Shown here in pieces: positions 50,701 through 64,000 of a stretch of DNA of 64,000 nt. Numbering within the stretch: the stretch's first letter is position 1; each line of letters starts with the position of its first letter. The translations under genes were made by a program, and so were the position numbers. The notes below the pieces were generated by a model. The model did not search any database. It was not told the DNA's origin and saw nothing but the letters and a program-made list of their open reading frames with translations. Origin of the DNA: Blastocystis sp. Blastoise (taxonomy: Eukaryota > Protista > Bigyra: Opalinata). The DNA lies in contig JBBPEB010000015.1 in NCBI GenBank assembly GCA_039096225.1, positions 310,001 to 374,000 of the forward strand, given 5' to 3'.

Positions 50701-53700
50701 AGATTCTTCAAATGAAGGTGGTAGTATATTAGAATGATGGTCTACTAAACTATCATCACTATCTTTTCGAACTCGAATTGTATTCTTTAAAAGATTATTA
50801 TCTTGAGAACGATAATATATTTTCTTTCCTTCTTTCTGTGTATTTTCTTCTAATACAGGTTTCATTTCAATTGTATGTTCAGATGTCTTGAAATTAACTT
50901 TACCATATAATACAGGGATATGTATAAAAACCCTAGTTTTATTGAGATCTATAGTAGGAATGAAAGAAGAAGGATTATAAGTATCTGGTTTATATCCTAT
51001 TTGATTAGCAGAGATAGAAGAATTAGAAGGAGTTATAACAATAGGATCAACAAAGAAACGCATAGAGAAGTTATAAATAGTAAGAGTAAGAGAAAGATTC
51101 TTAAGAGAAACATAGGAAAATGTAGGCATATTATCTGATATTGTAAATGGATGAACTTCTATGATATTCATCCATGTATTTACTAATGTGAACAAACATG
51201 GAAGAAGAGAAGGAGAGAGATTCACCATAGGAATAGTATCAGAACAAGTAAGAACTATATTCATTTCTGTAGTTACAGATCGACCTACATAAGATTGTAA
51301 GAATATTGATTCTAATTTACGTTGAGCAGAAGAACTACGAATATAACCACCACTAACAGAACATATAGATTCATTTTCTAATAGAATAGTATTAATAGAA
51401 TCAGGATATAAGGGTAAAAAGAATAATTTTCTTGTACTTTCAGGCTGCATAAAGGAGTTTACAGTACCTGCAATTTCAGATATATATAGAATAATATGTT
51501 CAACTTGTTGATAATAAGAATTGATATCTTTTGAGCGACCTTTTATTGGTGTAAAATGATGTGTTCGTGGATTGTATTTATTTTGAGGAACATTATTTAA
51601 TTTGGAATATCCATTAGATTGATTATTATTATTATCTTTATTATTATTGTAAATGTTATCTTTATTATTATTAGTATTAATATGATGATCAGGAGTAAAT
51701 GAAGAAGATTGTGTTGTATATTGATATAAAGGTATTTGCTCTTCTATAGTAGATAATATATTAGTCACAACAAATGAAATATAAGGACTTTGAAATTGAA
51801 GTACAACTCGTTCTACTAATAAGTGAACAATAGGACGAGGATTAGAAATAAGAGTGTCTGAATCACAAATAAGATTAACTTTTGTATTCGATATAGAAAA
51901 GATGAGATCCCCACGGAAAAGTAATGAAAGTTGGTCATTTAGAGGTAAATTTCCAATATGTAAATAGGATTCAAAGTTATCAATAAGTAATAATTGAAGT
52001 TGATTTAAGTCAGTTAAAAAAGAAGGTATAATATTAATAATAGAAGAAAGAAGAGATATATCTAAAGAACAAAACATAACAGGTATAAGAGGAGAATGAT
52101 GTATATGTATAGGTATAAGTCCATAGAATGTATGTATACATTGATAAAATAATGGATGATAAGGAGGATTAATAGATATCATTTCACCTTTAACTTCACA
52201 AGAATCAACAGATATAAGAGGTGTTGAAAGAGACTTAAGATAAAGAGAAGCTGTAGTAATAGTAAGTGACATTAATTGTGATTCTGGAGGGTCAAATGGC
52301 GGGACATGATATAAAGACCAATGAAGAAGATTATTCCAAAAATCATGAGATTCTATATGAATATGATTATTAAATATTATAGCATATTATATTATATCAT
52401 ATTATAGTATATTATATTATATTATTATAGACTATTATATTATATTATATTATATTATATTAAATATTATAGCAAATTATATTCTATATTATTAATATTA
52501 TTATATATACTAGATGGAGGAGGTCTTAAAAGAACAACAATAGATTGAGCTTTCAGTCTTAATAAATAAGTCTGAATATCTTTACATTTCTTTGATTCTT
52601 GAATAAGATGAGTTGTATTATTAGCAATAAAAGAATCAACTGGTTCTGAAGAAACAGATGGATCTTTAAAGGTATTTGATTGAAAAGGAAGAGCTTGATT
52701 TATATTTTGTTCAGAAGTAGACATTATATTACTGATATTTCCTTGTTTAGGAATATTATTAGATGAAGTATCCACTGTTTCTTCAGGGAAATAATAACGA
52801 TAATCAGAAATAAATTCTTGCTCCTATGTATATAATAATAATAAACATAATAATAAACATAATAATATACATAATAATATACATAATAATAACATAATAA
52901 TAAATATAATAATTAACATAATAATAAACATAATAATAAACATAATAATATACATAATAATAACATAATAATAAACATAATAATATACATAATAATATAC
53001 ATAATAATAAATATAATAATCAACATAATAATAAACATAATAATAAATACATTTTGATGTAGATATATTTTATCACTAAATGATTTTTGAACTTGCCTGC
53101 ATTTGTCTTGTTCTTGACTATAAGGATCATCGAGAATAGTAATTTCTACTGAATTTAAATTCAATTGAGTATCAGAACTTAAAATATTTTGAGGTTCCCA
53201 AAAGAAATAATCATAAAATGAAATAAATGAAGGTCTATAATTACATGGTAAAACCGCGATTATTGTAGAGAAAGCAGTTATATTGTTTAATAAGGAATCA
53301 ATAAGAAGATTCATATCTTTTATTTTAAGTATTGAAAGAGTCGTATCTGTAATCTGCAGACGTAGAAGTGATTTACCTATATATATATAAACATTATAAA
53401 TAAAATAATTAAGACACTTTCATAATAAAAATAATAATTATTATTAGTATAACAATTCATAACTAATTATTAAGTAGATAAAAATAAAAACAATACTTGT
53501 ATATATATACATTTATTAAGGTCATGATGAATAGCATAATATCTATTGAATATCTCCTTTTGTATTAGTCCATATAAAGAATATGTATATATATCCATAT
53601 TATACCAGCATTCACTGATATCAAATTCACCTATTGTAATATCAACATAATCAGAAAGTCTCAAATGAATCTATATATATATAATAGATAATTAGTTGAA

Positions 53701-56700
53701 AAATAATATAAACAAAAAATATATAAACAAACAAACAGTAATATATTAAAAAATTATATTCATAAAAATTGAATCATATAAATACAAAAAACAAGAAAAT
53801 AATTATATAAATATAAATAATTATATAAATATAAATAATCATATAAATATAAATAATTATATAAATATAAATAATCATATAAATATAAATAATTATATAA
53901 ATATAAATAATCATATAAATATAAATAATTATATAAATATAAATAATCATATAAATATAAATAATTATATAAATATAAATAATCATATAAATATAAATAA
54001 TTATATAAATATAAATAATCATATAAATAAATAAATAAATAAATAAATCAAAATACATCTCTTATAAAAAAAGATATAGTAGGTAATGTATCAGAACCAA
54101 AAACCCCTACAGAAGCACGTGCTTGGATATCTTCAAATCTAGCAAATGCCTTGATATCTTCAATTGTCATCCTTATAATACTATCTCCTGAAGTACTATT
54201 CATATTTGTTTTTAACCATACTAAATATTCTAAATATCTTTTATTTTGATAATTAGGATTAAAGGAAGAAGATGAAGGTGGTTCTGTACTTCCATTTTTA
54301 CTTGAATAATCACGAGAATTTGCATTCAGTTCTCGAGCACTTTTAACCCATAGTATTTGAGGATGATAAGGAGATATATTATAAAGAAGTGGTAATACAT
54401 GATTATAACTTGATATATAATCAAATAGACATGTCCATATAGAAAAAGTGACTTCTGATGCCATTCTCCATATAGTCATAAAACGATAAGGAGTGAATAA
54501 TATTCGTGGAGAAACGAAGTGGAGGTCAACAAAAGAATCGGAAATAGTATCTTTTGTAGAGACTATAAAATCAGTAAGTGATAGAATAATAGAAGAAGAT
54601 GAAAAAGGAATAGTAGAATGATAGTCATAAGAAGGAATAGAATGAGGCAAATAATGTTGAAAGGATTGTTTATGTGGATAAGTATAAGACGAAGTAGATT
54701 GAGTTTTGAAAGATGATAATTCTTTCCAATCTTCAGACATATATTTATATTCAGGAAATGAATCCCGTGGGAATAAATTAGTTTTAGAATTTGTATATGT
54801 ACATTTTTGTTTTTTGGTTTTTATTGATGATGTATTTAATTTCAAGAATGATGTAGAAGTAGAAGATAGAGGAGGAGAGGGAGTAGTAGTTGAAGAAGAG
54901 AAAAGAGTAGTTAGTTTTGATACAGGAAGAGGAATAGGAAGAAAAGAAGTTGATTCTATAGGATACATATATAATGATGAATCTTTATGATGTTGATTAT
55001 TAGAGTTTTTTTCTTGATAAAGTAAAGGATTATAATATCGAACATATAAGTCACGACAATGTAATTTCCATGGACGTTCAAGTTGAATTTTCTTTTCTTC
55101 ATTATATTCAAATCCTACTTCAATACGAGTAATTGCCTCTAAACATTCATATTGTTGTTTATACTTTTGTTTAGGATTATTATTTGATTTTGAAGTATAT
55201 TTATGTATAAAAGGAATAGGAAAATCTTTTGGTTCTTTCCATGATGATTGTGTTCCTAATGAATTTGATGGAGATAAAGGAGGTGAATAAGAATTCTCAA
55301 CAGAGTTTTCAACAGAATTTTCAACATTTATGGAATCACTCTCTTGTTCAGATATACTATTTCGATTACTACTATTATTACTAGTATTACTAGTATTACT
55401 AGTATCATTATTATTTATATGTGTGCCTTCGGAATGACTATTACTTCTTGTTTTATTATTACTATTATTTCGGTTGATATTATTATTAAGGCTATCAGTT
55501 GTTTGAGTATCTTCAGAAGCAGATAAAGTTGATTGATTTCTTTTAACACTATCATTATTATCTCTAAAATAATATCCTTTGGAACCTTTTAAGATATTAA
55601 TAGTATGAAGATCTCCTTCATTGACTCCTTCCGTACCTTCTAATATATTCACGGGAATATAGAGTGATGCACAATCTATTGAATAATGAAATGACATATT
55701 TAATTCAGATATTGAAAGAAGAGGGTTTCGAAGTGGCGGAAGAAGAGGTGAGGGACCAGGGGATGTGGAAGGAATAGAAATAGAACTTCTATAAGAATGA
55801 ATCATAATATTATATATGTATACATAAAGAAATAATTATTATTTTATTCAAAGATAAAAAAGATATAAAGAGTATTTATAATTATTCATAAAATTAATTA
55901 TTATAAAAAATAATAAATAATAAATAAATATGTTAATATAATAATAAATAAAATAATAAATAATAATAAATAATGATATTAATACAATAAGCAAAAAATT
56001 AAAACAATACAAATATAAAATATTTTTTGAGAATATATACTTATCTGGTGAGGTTGGTATCCAGTCAATAGGAAAGAAAAGTAATGCAATAGAGATACAA
56101 TCAGAAATAGCTTTCATGACTTCAGGTGTCCATTGAACATAAAGATTATTTGTATGACAATCGACATGTAGTGATTTAAGGATATTATAAGAAAGATCTA
56201 TATTAGTTATATAGAGAAAGCAATTAGAAAGAGGAAGATAAGATGGATCTACATAAGTAGAGAGACCAGGTGTATATATAGCAATAGAAGATAATTGACC
56301 AAAGACAGAAAGTGGATTTGTATGATCTATAAAGAAGAAGTAGAAGTAATAGTAGTAGTAGTAGTAATATATATATAATATATAATTTAATAAATGTAAA
56401 CAAAAAAAGAAGTGATATAGAGTTATCTATGTAATAATTATAAATATAGAATTTATAATAAGAATATATATCTAGAAAAAACATACATGCTTTATATTTC
56501 AAAGTCGTTGAAATATTATCTGTATAAAAACTAAGTATTTCTTTATTAGTAATTGGAGAAATACATTTTATATCAATATTAGTAACATGAGTAGTAAATG
56601 TTATATGAGGCATTATCATACGATGAGAACTCTATATATATATATATATATATCGAATAGTAATCATAAAAAATAATATAGTAAATTAAAAAAAAAACTA

Positions 56701-59700
56701 AATAACAATATAAATTAAAAAATATATATATTTAAAATAATAAATAATACATAAAAAATATATATATACCTTAACTACATGATTTTCTTGTTGTTTTAGA
56801 CTGATATATTTCTCCATAATTCGAAGTCTCCATAAACCTTTGAAATCTCGTTCATCTAAAAACCATTGAACATATTTACTTAATATATAATCAATATTTA
56901 AATGACAACTATCAAAAGTTAATGAACAATTTATTTCTGAATTTTCTATTTCAGGAATAGTATTTCTCTTTGAAGGTGTGTCATTTATCGTTGAAGATGT
57001 AGATGTTTCATTGTCAGGTGATATGTCCATAGATATTTTTCCATTAGTAGATCGAATATAAAATAATGATTTAATACGAATTGATTTACTTGAAAAAATA
57101 CGATCAAAATGATTTTCTGCATATACATAAGGATTTGTATAAATATTATAAAATTCAGATTTTGGAAGAGGAGAGGATGTATTGATATATGTATTCTTAG
57201 TAGATGCTATATTACAGAAAGATTCTTCTAAGTTGATATCATTATTTTGTCGATATATATATTTATGAAAAGATGTTGAAAGATAAGTCCATATAGGTTT
57301 AAGATATTGAGGTGTAGAGAGAATGTTTTTCGCTATAGGAATAATAGGTGGTGAAGGAATGGTAGGAAGAATTGATTTAACTTCTTTTAATAAGGGATCT
57401 TCATCATCATCAGTAAAATAATCATAAAAAGATAATCCCCGTGAAAAACGACGGCCTACAATTTGATTGGATGATTTCTTTTTTGAACTTGGTTTTTGAA
57501 TTGTTGAAGAGATTGATTTAGTTTTATTGCCAGATTGTGTAGAAAATGATATTGGATGAAGAGAAGGAGATTTCTTTGTATATAAGTTATTATTATTATT
57601 ATTTTCTTTATTATTATCATTATTTTTATTATTATCTTTATTATTATCTTTATTATTATCTTTATTATTAATATCTTCTTTATTATTAATATCTTCTTTA
57701 TTATTATCCTCTTTATTATTACCAAGTGTAGATGAATTGTTTGAAGAAATACTCTCTAAGGATGGTTGAGAAGTATTTGAAGATATGGAAGATATAGACA
57801 TTGACCGGTCGTTTTCATTTGATGAGAGAGGAGAGGATAAAGGAATAGAATTTATATTTGTCGATTCTTCTTCTGTTGTTTTTTCTTTGTTATTATTATT
57901 CTCATTATCCATAGCATTACTATTTTGTTTTAATATATGAAAAGTAGGGTTTTTCACATTAAGTTCTAATACAGCTGGAAGTGTGTCGATATGTATAGCT
58001 TCTAATGTTATATATCGATTATTCTGTGTAGTAGCGAAGTTTGAAGAATAAAGTGAAGAGGACATAGAAGATGAAGTAGATGATGGAATATCAGTAAAGA
58101 ATGTTAATGTAAATTGATCAAATGAAAACTTAGATACTGTGTTTTCTATTTGTGTGAATAAAAATGTAAAGTGATTAATTGAGAAATAAATATAATGAGG
58201 AAGAAGAACTATAAAGAAAGGAATAATTATGATATTATCATTTAATGATAGTATAATAATATTATTATATATGTTTTTTATTTAAAACACTAGAAAAATT
58301 TAAAAAAAAGAAAAAGATAAAAAGATAAAAGTAAATATACTAGATAATGCACGTGGTAAGAGTTCTAAAGAAGTACAATTACTAATACAAGACATAGGAT
58401 CGTTATTTATATTATTAGAAGAATCTTGATTATTCTGTGAATTTGAAAAAGATGATGGAGGAACTATTTGATTCAACTAAAGGTATAACGGTATATATAT
58501 ATTTTTAAAAAAGAAAAAATCTATTTTAATAATAAAGATAAAAAGTATAATTATATATAATAGTATAATAAATCTAATAATATATATATAATAAATCTTT
58601 AAATAATATATATATAATAGTATAATAAATCTAATAATATATATATAATAAATCTTTAAATAATATATATATAATAGTATAATAAATCTAATAATAATAT
58701 ATATATAATCAAAAAAAAAAACCCACTAATTATTATTTATTTAAAAATGAATATACAATATCTAGGAATATAACAAACGAAGTGAAACAGCTTTCATGAA
58801 TTTCAAAAACTTGATCTTTTATAATGAGGGATAATGAGGTTTGAGCCAATGGAATCGAGGATCGATTTAACAGATTTGGACATGTACACTATCATATAGA
58901 TATAGTATAAATAATAAAAAAAATGATTAATTTGAAATATATATATAATGGAAACATAAATTGTTCTATAGTATATAAAACATGCATATCATATACTAAT
59001 AATTCTACTAGTACTACTACTACTAATACTAATATATATATATATATATATATACTTCTATATAGGGTTCTACAAACTTTAATCGAAGATGAATATCTTT
59101 CTGTTCATCTCCTTGAGCATATGACACTAATCGTAGCGAAATACTATCTTGAACTACAGTTTTAAGTCGAATTCCGGTTTGTTGTACTAATTCTGTAATA
59201 AATGATATGCAAATAGGATTCGAATAGAATTCTGTAACTGTAGCTACATTTTCATCATTTAATGTTTGTGTTTTAATTCGAAACGAAAATCTATTTATAT
59301 TAATTTTTGTGATTGATAATGTATAAAGAATAAAAGGAATCCATGAATCGTATTGATCTATATAATTAAAAAAATTAATAAAGAAAACAAAAAACATATT
59401 ATTTTGATATATATACGTAGATTTAACCAGAATTCATTTGTAATGGATGATAAATCTATAAGTTGGCAAATCCAACATAAAGAATCACTATCTGATTCTT
59501 TAGGAACACTAGCATGTGTTTGAACAGAATCAACAGAACAACCTACAGAAAATCAAAAAAATATATTTAATAAATAAAATACCTTCTAGAATATTAGCTT
59601 GCACAGATATGTCATTAAGTGAAATATGATTTAAATATGGTTTCGAAGGTCTGAACAAAAATGAGAAAAGAGACAATGATAAATCCACAGAGAAATTATC

Positions 59701-59937
59701 TCCGATTGTTATGAGTATCTTGTTATTACAAATATTAAATGTTCCTATAATAATAGATAGATAATTTTATGAATGGATTACTATTCTTGATTCTTCTAAG
59801 GATCACCGATACAACTTTGAATAATATCTATATTTAAGCTAATTCGCATAGGGTATTCTTGAATATACATAAAGAAGTAACCGGATGATGACAAGAAGGT
59901 TGAATACCGAAAGCAAGATATATAAAAATATATTCAT
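43494..59937 (-). CDS. bridge-like lipid transfer protein BLTP2/FMP27/KIAA0100/SABRE-like, very large multi-exon gene
   Basis: N-terminal hydrophobic anchor (MNIFLYILLSVFNLLVIIRLLLY); ILDDPY, LPLNDQLSLLFRGDL and C-terminal IKYLRINRIDVFCS...KPLVF...TLLYDLLSQ resemble FMP27/Apt1 motifs. Same-strand ORFs are linked by GT-AG introns where checked; extensive S/N low-complexity inserts. Confidence 0.7.
47155..47800 (-). repeat. poly-Asn and NKD coding microsatellites in the BLTP2-like gene
   Basis: (ATT)n and (ATCTTTATT)n runs in frame within ORF 44191..48642. Confidence 0.85.
53808..54025. repeat. intronic 18-bp tandem repeat (ATAAATATAAATAAT[T/C]AT) with alternating variants
   Basis: About 12 tandem units read directly. 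Confidence 0.85.
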
Positions 59938-60495
59938 TCTGGCTTTCTCTAATGAAAGGAATATTATTTAAATAGTATTATATATAAACAAAGATTAAAT
60001 CAGTAAGTAATAGAATTGTTTATAAATTATGAAAAAAAAAAATATTTTGCTTAGTAGTATTCGTTTTTCCGTGGAATTCTTTGTTCCCAAAAAGTACTAA
60101 AAAAGAAGAATTCTTCAAAATACACAACATTTGAATAGATTTAAAAAAGTTATGGAATAAGCCAATGGTGAGAGTCAATTTTGGAACATATATAAGAGTA
60201 CTAAATTCTAAAACGAAATTTTTTAAAAGAAAAGTTTCTCCTTTTTTTAATCCTAAACACAAATAAAAAGGATATTTATTAATTGAAAGGATATTCCTTA
60301 AAATAGCCAAACAGTTGTAAAATGATTCATCCATATTAGGAAATATCAAAGAGTATGATAGAGAAAGGATATTATGTGACTGAATTCAATTTATAATCAG
60401 TTGACAAATAAAAGAATGGATGCGTATATTTATTTTTTTAATAATACTATTGTCAAAGAAGTATGTTAAGTTATTATTCTCAATAATTATAATAG

Positions 60496-61466
60496 TATGA
60501 AAGAGACGAAACGATTGAAGATTCTTATATTCAAATGGTATATTTCTTATACAAATGGAATTCCAGATCATTGTCTTAATTATGAATAATATATATAGAT
60601 GACAAAATATACAAAAGCTATTGATTCATTTACGAAAAGTCTTAAGGAAATATATAACTCATGTAAATAGTATTTATTAATGTTATTTTCTATTTGTTAT
60701 ACTATAGCCAAGAATTATGAAGATCGTACTTCCTCAAAAATGTTAAATAACTTACGTTCATTTATAGGAGAAAATATGAAACAAGTATGACTTGTATTAT
60801 TCAAGTTATATATAGATTTATTTAATAACTACTAAATCATTTATAGTATGATTGTTTAAGTTCCATTATAAAAGAAGATATACTTTCAGAATTAGAAAAA
60901 AATCGAAAAATCCACAAGGAGATGGATTTCAAATTAGTATATATATATTAATTTAGTTTCTTTGTGATATATAATAGATTATATTATATATTTTATTTTT
61001 ATAATATATTTATTTTTCATATATTATATTATATTATATATATATATATATATATAGAATAAAGAAGTTCAAAATAAAAAGTCATTATATGAAACAAATG
61101 AAAAACAATTTTTTATCTATAAAAAAAAGTATGTTTATAATTTAATATAGGTATAATTGTATTAGATATTTAAAGCAATTAAAAGATAAGAATATTATTT
61201 CCCGTGATTATCCTTATGTAGGAATTAATCCTCATTTATTAACTGGTTCTTCACAACAATCAGAAAATCTAACATTAGAGAAATTCATAGATTATAAGAC
61301 TTTAATGTCAAATTATACATTATGTGAAGAAAGTTGGATAAAATTGAGAGAAACTGAAAGTACAATGCAACAACTATTATCAAAAGTTATTCAAAAGAAA
61401 CAAGTATAAAATTCTATATTAAATCGATTTATTTCTTTTTTTTTTTAAATCTTAAAGTCATCAACA

Positions 61467-61523
<57 letters not shown>

Positions 61524-62116
61524 CTTATTCATCTAGGAAATTTCAAATGATAGATCAAGTCAAATTACAAACTCTTTGAAGAAATTTATTATTCATCATT
61601 CTAGTTTTGTAGCAAATAATCAAGTATAAACCTTCTTCTCATCCTCTTTTTATAATTTATTATTTATTTTTAGTATACATTAAGTATATATCTATCAATA
61701 TTCGATGAACATCAAACATTACCTATGACAAATGACTCTCTTGTTAATCATCTCAAAGAAATTGCTCGTTTACCACCAAAAAGACCTTTACCAATTCCTC
61801 CATTAATTATATCAAACTCTTCAGCCAATTCATTACAACCAACTATTCATGAAATTAAATATTCAGAAAATTCTTTACAAGGTACTCCAAAGTGTGTGAA
61901 AGACTCATTTGACTCAGTGGGCCCAACAGAATCTCCAAAATCAACTAGTATAACAATAAATCATTATAATCTACTTTCATTTTTATATAAGGTAGTCAAC
62001 TAAATTATGTTTCTATCAAGCCATTATCATATAAGATGAATCAGTTTATGAACAATTTAATCTCAAACAATATAAAACAAGGACAATTTTCCACATTTTT
62101 CAATTCAAATTCATAA
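60496..62116 (+). CDS. hypothetical coiled-coil protein, F-BAR-like with proline-rich tail (start unresolved, probably ~60.3 kb)
   Basis: Spliced helical exons (YTKAIDSFTKSLKEI...QEISNDRSSQITNSLKKF) followed by LPPKRPLPIPP; TAA at 62114-62116. Family call is inference. Confidence 0.45.
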
Positions 62117-62564
62117 CTTTTTTTCTTCTTCTCTTTATATTGTTTATTTTTATTTTCTTATTTTTCTAACTTATATCACTTAGAATACGTCTTGTCTATT
62201 TATCATAACTCAATAAATATTTGTTATTTACTTCTCTTTAAGTTCTGTTTTCTTTTGTTTCTGATTAATAGTCAAAGGACGCACTGTCTCAAGTTTCTCA
62301 TAAACACAAATGTTTTACTAAATAACCATGATTCTCATTATACTTGCCTGTATAATTTATAAATAATCAGTCTAATCTTGTGAGAACAAAAATTTTCATT
62401 GATGAAAACACAAAAATACTTGATTAATCATTGGTCTATTTTAATACTGTCATTTTCTGAGGAGTGTCGTCATTTCTTATTGTTTACGTGAAGAGAAGAA
62501 AGTTTCACAATTTTGAAACAATTTACATTGTTTATAATTTAATTCATGAATCCATGCTGTAATC

Positions 62565-64000
62565 ATGGATCAAAGAGTATATACACAAACATCCGAGGAA
62601 TTACTTCCTGTACAGATTATTTGTAGTTATATATTTCATATATTGTACTTAATATCTGGGATCTTCTTAGGATTGTTTTCTATGACATTTCTCGACGCTG
62701 CTTATTTTTTGATATCTTGTATTGTAGTGATCATCATTAGCTATGAAGTCTTAACTTTAGTACTTGGCTTATTTATTGAAGAGATTAATACAACAATTAG
62801 GTATTTTTGCTTTTATTTTATTTATTCTTAAAATTTAACATAATTATAAATACTTATAATTCTTCTGTTTCATCTATTGAGATAGTTTTCTTATCATGAT
62901 ATATATATTATATAGTATTTCTTTTTTATTGAGTATTGTACTTGGTGTGATCAATGGCTTTATTTCTTTTTATAAATATTTATATGGAACATTTTGGCTA
63001 GGTGTATCGAATGGATTCTTTTTAGCATGGGTGTTAAATGACTTTATATTTAGTTATTTCATACAAAATTATATTCTTACTGCATTGTATATTATTCTAT
63101 TCAATCGATTTTTATTTATTTTTATTATTTTTATCAACTATTATTAAGTTTTCATTCTCTATTTTCTTCAGTTTCATTGTTCTTTGTTCATCTGCGTGTA
63201 TATTTCTCCAATTTCTCAACTCTGAAATTATTAAACTAACAATGTTTTCGGTTTTTGGAACATTTCTCACAGTCATGTAAATATGAGATTATAGATATAT
63301 GTTTTTTAATTATTTTTAATTACTTTTTGAATCTATTCTCTATTAGTTAGTTATATCACATATTTCTTTATACTTAATATATAAATAGGTCTCTTGGTTT
63401 CTTCTTTGGTCATTGTCGTATGATCTTCATCTTTACACCGATTTCAGATCATTCATTTACCCTCTATGTATATATATATATATATTTATGTTTATATATA
63501 TACTGAATGTTATTTTTATATGTTTTTATTCATATTTACTTGAATTCTTTTTCTTATTACATATTTAATAGTTTTAATTTGTATTCATTATTCTCTATAC
63601 ATTCGGATATATTTGCTTATTTTTTATTCTCCTTATTCTTTCTATTTACCTTCATCGTTATATCTATCGTCATAACAGAATTCGAAGAAAGTATATTTAT
63701 ATATCAATTATATTCATTTATATATATATTAATTATAGTCATCATTATATATATAATTATATATTAATAATTTTATATATATTAATCATATTCATCATTA
63801 TATATATATTAATCATATTCTTCATTAAATTCCTATAATTTATGAATAACTATTTACATATATATATATAGCCATTCTACATTAGAATACCTGGCGCCTT
63901 CTTCGTCACGTTCTCAATTATCTAGTTTCTCTTTTGGTCATTTTTCATTTCGTACACATTTACCTTCATTATTTCCTTATTTTGCAGGTATTCAACATAT
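62565..64000 (+). CDS. multi-pass membrane protein, possibly TM7S3/TMEM198 (DUF4203)-like; 3' end outside window
   Basis: Successive hydrophobic exons with Gly-rich helices (IVLGVINGF...GTFWLGVSNGFFLAW...SVFGTFL). Confidence 0.45.

Overview
Very AT-rich, gene-dense, intron-rich eukaryotic (protist-like) DNA. Short ~35-40 nt GT-AG introns alternate with introns inflated by TA/TTA microsatellites, which is compatible with a Blastocystis-like stramenopile, but the taxon cannot be proven from this window. Spliced genes reconstructed by hand: DNA2 nuclease-helicase (5'-partial), RPL28, a B3GNTL1/QTGAL-like GT2, a GH20 hexosaminidase, a tomosyn-like WD40/R-SNARE protein, a mitochondrial carrier, NECAP, RPB3, an acyl-protein-thioesterase-like esterase, a ~16 kb BLTP2/FMP27-like gene, an F-BAR-like gene and a multi-TM gene. 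A ~13 kb gene-poor island (27.8-41.3 kb) holds an intron-containing exportin-7 pseudogene fragment, a ~2.6 kb 19-bp satellite, and an intact CACTA/EnSpm-type transposase head-to-head with a BEN-like companion gene. The most striking observation is that RPL28, the hexosaminidase and probably NECAP have introns with non-GT-AG ends (TC-AG, GC-AC, GT-AA twice, AT-AG, TT-TG). In each case the deviant bases equal the bases of the exon across the junction. This means either unusual splicing or mRNA-templated overwriting of intron ends, or, at least as likely, an RNA-read polishing artefact.
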